The notes beneath the pieces are model-generated. The model did no database searches. It was not told where the DNA came from and saw nothing but the letters and a program-made list of their open reading frames with translations. A stretch of DNA of 64,000 nt from an uncultured bacterium (GTDB lineage Bacteria; Babelota; Babeliae; Babelales; Babelaceae), in contig CAWFXL010000001.1 of the NCBI GenBank assembly GCA_963819815.1, forward strand, positions 160,001 to 224,000. Direction: 5' to 3'. Positions 61,324 through 64,000 of this stretch are shown one piece after another. The first letter of the stretch is position 1. Every line of letters begins with the position of its first letter. Both the position numbers and the translations under genes were made by a program.

Positions 61324-61387
61324 AATTTTCATGGGATCTCCTTTTGAAGGAGTATACATAGGTCTTTTTCAAAAAATATAGATTTTG
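61324..61387 (+). repeat. 64-bp direct repeat, copy 2
   Basis: 63/64 identical to 59480-59543. Confidence 0.97.
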
Positions 61388-61447
61388 AGTACATTTGAGA
61401 GTACACTTACCGGCATATGGGCAGGTCCTCTTCAGAAAGGGTTTTCT

Positions 61448-62074
61448 ATGAATCGCTATCATGCTTTTCTTTGTAGTGTACTATTCTGCGGCTTACTCTT
61501 TGGATCTGAGCAGCGGACTCTTCAAAGAACCTATTCTACGTTTCCAGCTGCAGATGCTCTTAAGCGTGCCATACGCAGAGGTGATGTTGATATCGTTAGG
61601 GAGCGCATGGCGGTGCTACCTCTCGGCATTGATTCTCAGTATGCGTATCTAGGATTAGCTCGTTCGTTTGATATGTGTAGCTTTTTGCTTGATGCGATCT
61701 GTTCTTCTTGGGTTGAGCGAATTAAAAGATCACCGCAAGATGCCCTAAAAACTCTTCATGTAGGACTTACTAGACTTTATAAATCGTTTCCGCTTGATGA
61801 GCTTGATCATGGGTTTCGATGTACTCTTGCTAAAATCAGAAGAGCAGCGCTTCTGTTACCCCGCGTAGCTGCGGATCCAAAAGCAAAAGCCCTTGCAAGT
61901 TCGATTCCCGACTATTTTTATCACCATGATGCTAGGATGATACAGGCTTACCGGGAAGCTTTTGAGGAGCACACCGATCTGAGTCCAGAGCGTAAGGAGC
62001 TTCTTTCAAGAGCCCATAGAATATATACGAGAACACTTCTGATTCAATCACAATCGCAAGAGACAGCTGACTAG
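61448..62074 (+). CDS. Secreted hypothetical protein with one ankyrin-like segment
   Basis: Signal peptide MNRYHAFL; 'LKRAIRRGDVDIVR'. Confidence 0.6.
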   Translation: MNRYHAFLCSVLFCGLLFGSEQRTLQRTYSTFPAADALKRAIRRGDVDIVRERMAVLPLGIDSQYAYLGLARSFDMCSFLLDAICSSWVERIKRSPQDALKTLHVGLTRLYKSFPLDELDHGFRCTLAKIRRAALLLPRVAADPKAKALASSIPDYFYHHDARMIQAYREAFEEHTDLSPERKELLSRAHRIYTRTLLIQSQSQETAD

Positions 62075-62312
62075 CATGCTCGAAGGGTGCTCCATGATGT
62101 GTGGTTGTCATGCCTCGTCAGTTATTCTCTTACTAATTCGGCGGCAAGTCGCAGAAATTATCTTCTAAAGATACTAATGAGTTACGACTTTGGAATGGAA
62201 TAATCAATACGCTCACAACTTGAATTTGCGAGCTGAAGTAAAATGATCTACGATACTATCTAAGACTTTCTTGCCTGAGTAACACAATAATACATAATGA
62301 GAGAGATTGCAC

Positions 62313-64000
62313 ATGGTTATTCGTTATCTTACCTACGCTTGTTTTTTGACGTCTTTTTATTACCTGCAGGGTGCAGCACTTTTACGCACACCTCTGAGCC
62401 CCTGTAAGCCTGGAATTCTTCAGGCTGTCAAGAACGATGTACATGCACATGTTGAAGAAGTCACTCAGCGGTGTCTTGAAGCAAGTGACCTTCATGCAGC
62501 AGCTGTTGCCGGTGACATACCAAAGACGAGAGATCTAGCTTTATCACATGAAAAAACTCCGCCACGTGTTCTAAGCCCTTTAATGTGTGCACTTGCTCAA
62601 AGACATACCGAAGTTGCTCGACTTCTTTTGAAAATGAGAAGTTTTGAAGTTGCTCAACAGGATCAGTGGGGCCTAACAGCGCTTTTCTATGCACTTAATG
62701 GGAGCACAGATCTTATTGATGAACTTCTTGATCAAGGTGCACATGCGCATCTGAGAGGTGTCCAACTGCTCGACGTTCTCTTCCTTGCGGCTCTCTTTGA
62801 GCAGCAAGATGTCATCGAGAAACTTCGCGAGGTAAGCGCTCAACCAAACATCGAACCTTATGGTAGTAACTTTTTTACATTCGTAAAAAGCGATCTGTTT
62901 AAAGCACTATTTGCTGATGCTTCACAATTCGATACGTTCGATGTCTTCAATTTTGTCGCCCTTACCGGTAAATCAAGGGAGTTTGATCCATCTGGTTCTG
63001 GATGCACCTATACCTGTGAAAAGTTACGGTTCGCTCTTGAAAAGCATCTAAAAAAAACACAGCCAAATAATCTGCCATTGCTTCGAGCGATTCTTGCAAA
63101 TAATCCACAAAGGGTTGCATCACTGATCGAGCGAGGTGCTTTGCCGGTAGCCCATTATCCAGATACCATAAGTCCTATTGACGTTGCCGCTCTAGTTGGT
63201 TCTGCGGAGGTTATAGATAGCCTTGTTACGACAGGCAAGAAAAAGAATAATTTTCACTTTCTTCCGTATCGCTTAGGTGGCGCTGCTCACTTTCTTAGAG
63301 GTCTAAACGGTGAACCTATGCTTACCGAACTTAATCAACTTCACCTTGCTGCTCTTGCATCAAATTGGCCTGCTCTCAGGCAATTGAGTACCTATGGGTT
63401 TACTAGTAATCGAGGTGAGCTAACTCCTCTTCACCTTGCGAGCCAATGGGCAACTCCTGAAACGGTTGCTACGCTTCTTGAGCTCGGGGCGAATGTAAGC
63501 AGTAGGGATGAATCAGGCCTCCTGCCACTTCATTTCGCCATAGATAACATCGATGTGCGTGCTGTAACTGCACTGTTAATCAGGGGAGGCGCATCACTCA
63601 GAGAATTTTTAGACAAGTACTCAACGGGCGCATCTATTACAACAACTCGGCGCAGTTCATCATTAAGAAGCAGTGAATTTATTCGAGGCATTCTCGATGC
63701 CCTTACTGACCTTGACGAAAATAACGGTGCACTATTGATCACTACTCTCCAAGCAGGGGGCATTCCTCAAGTTGCGATGCTTTTGAAAGCGGGTGCTCGA
63801 GCAGATACGCATGATGATCGAGGAAGAACAGTTATTCATCACACGGTAGAAGCATGCTGTAAAAAATCTCTGCGCCCTGAAGATACTTCTGCACTTATTA
63901 AGTTGCTTACTACTCATGGAGCAGACATTGATGCACAAGATGCTCATAATAAAACGGCCCTCAATCGTGCCATTGATCGCCGGTGTATGATGGTTTGGGT
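62313..64000 (+). CDS. Secreted ankyrin-repeat protein, runs off the window end (absent from ORF track)
   Basis: Hand translation from ATG 62313: MVIRYLTYACFL..., 'GLTALFYA', 'LTPLHLASQW', 'GANVSSRDESGLLPLHFA'. Confidence 0.88.
   Translation, partial: MVIRYLTYACFLTSFYYLQGAALLRTPLSPCKPGILQAVKNDVHAHVEEVTQRCLEASDLHAAAVAGDIPKTRDLALSHEKTPPRVLSPLMCALAQRHTEVARLLLKMRSFEVAQQDQWGLTALFYALNGSTDLIDELLDQGAHAHLRGVQLLDVLFLAALFEQQDVIEKLREVSAQPNIEPYGSNFFTFVKSDLFKALFADASQFDTFDVFNFVALTGKSREFDPSGSGCTYTCEKLRFALEKHLKKTQPNNLPLLRAILANNPQRVASLIERGALPVAHYPDTISPIDVAALVGSAEVIDSLVTTGKKKNNFHFLPYRLGGAAHFLRGLNGEPMLTELNQLHLAALASNWPALRQLSTYGFTSNRGELTPLHLASQWATPETVATLLELGANVSSRDESGLLPLHFAIDNIDVRAVTALLIRGGASLREFLDKYSTGASITTTRRSSSLRSSEFIRGILDALTDLDENNGALLITTLQAGGIPQVAMLLKAGARADTHDDRGRTVIHHTVEACCKKSLRPEDTSALIKLLTTHGADIDAQDAHNKTALNRAIDRRCMMVW

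Noticed and set aside
2600..63947. Numerous 60-160 aa ORFs antisense to or nested in confident genes
   Set aside because: Shadow ORFs without RBS or motifs

Overview
AT-rich bacterial chromosome segment, most consistent (inference) with Candidatus Dependentiae/Babelota (TM6) or a similar protist-associated intracellular lineage. Housekeeping blocks (carD, miaA, ppiD-like, recA, infC-rpmI-rplT, zapB-like-zapA-rny-ymdB, glyQS, tlyA, RluB-like, two tRNA-Arg genes) alternate with many signal-peptide orphans, ankyrin proteins, PLD-family proteins and transporters. The most unusual signal is two unlinked ATPase-wHTH-PD-(D/E)XK nuclease genes (47504-48967 and 59693-61135). Each has an upstream array of 40-bp inverted repeats of the same geometry (17-bp arm, 6-bp spacer, 17-bp arm; 54-55 bp period) but unrelated sequence. 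The second cassette also lies between 64-bp direct repeats that duplicate the 5' end of a neighbouring MFS gene. Two other accessory segments are bracketed by long degenerate direct repeats. Candidate host-directed effectors include a Josephin/papain-like Cys-His-Asn protein, an ankyrin-PLD fusion and a mosaic ankyrin array with a C-terminal NLS-like motif. Several small frameshifts are probably assembly errors. No CRISPR array, rRNA, transposase or integrase was recognised. All family calls come from motif recognition by eye; no searches were run.
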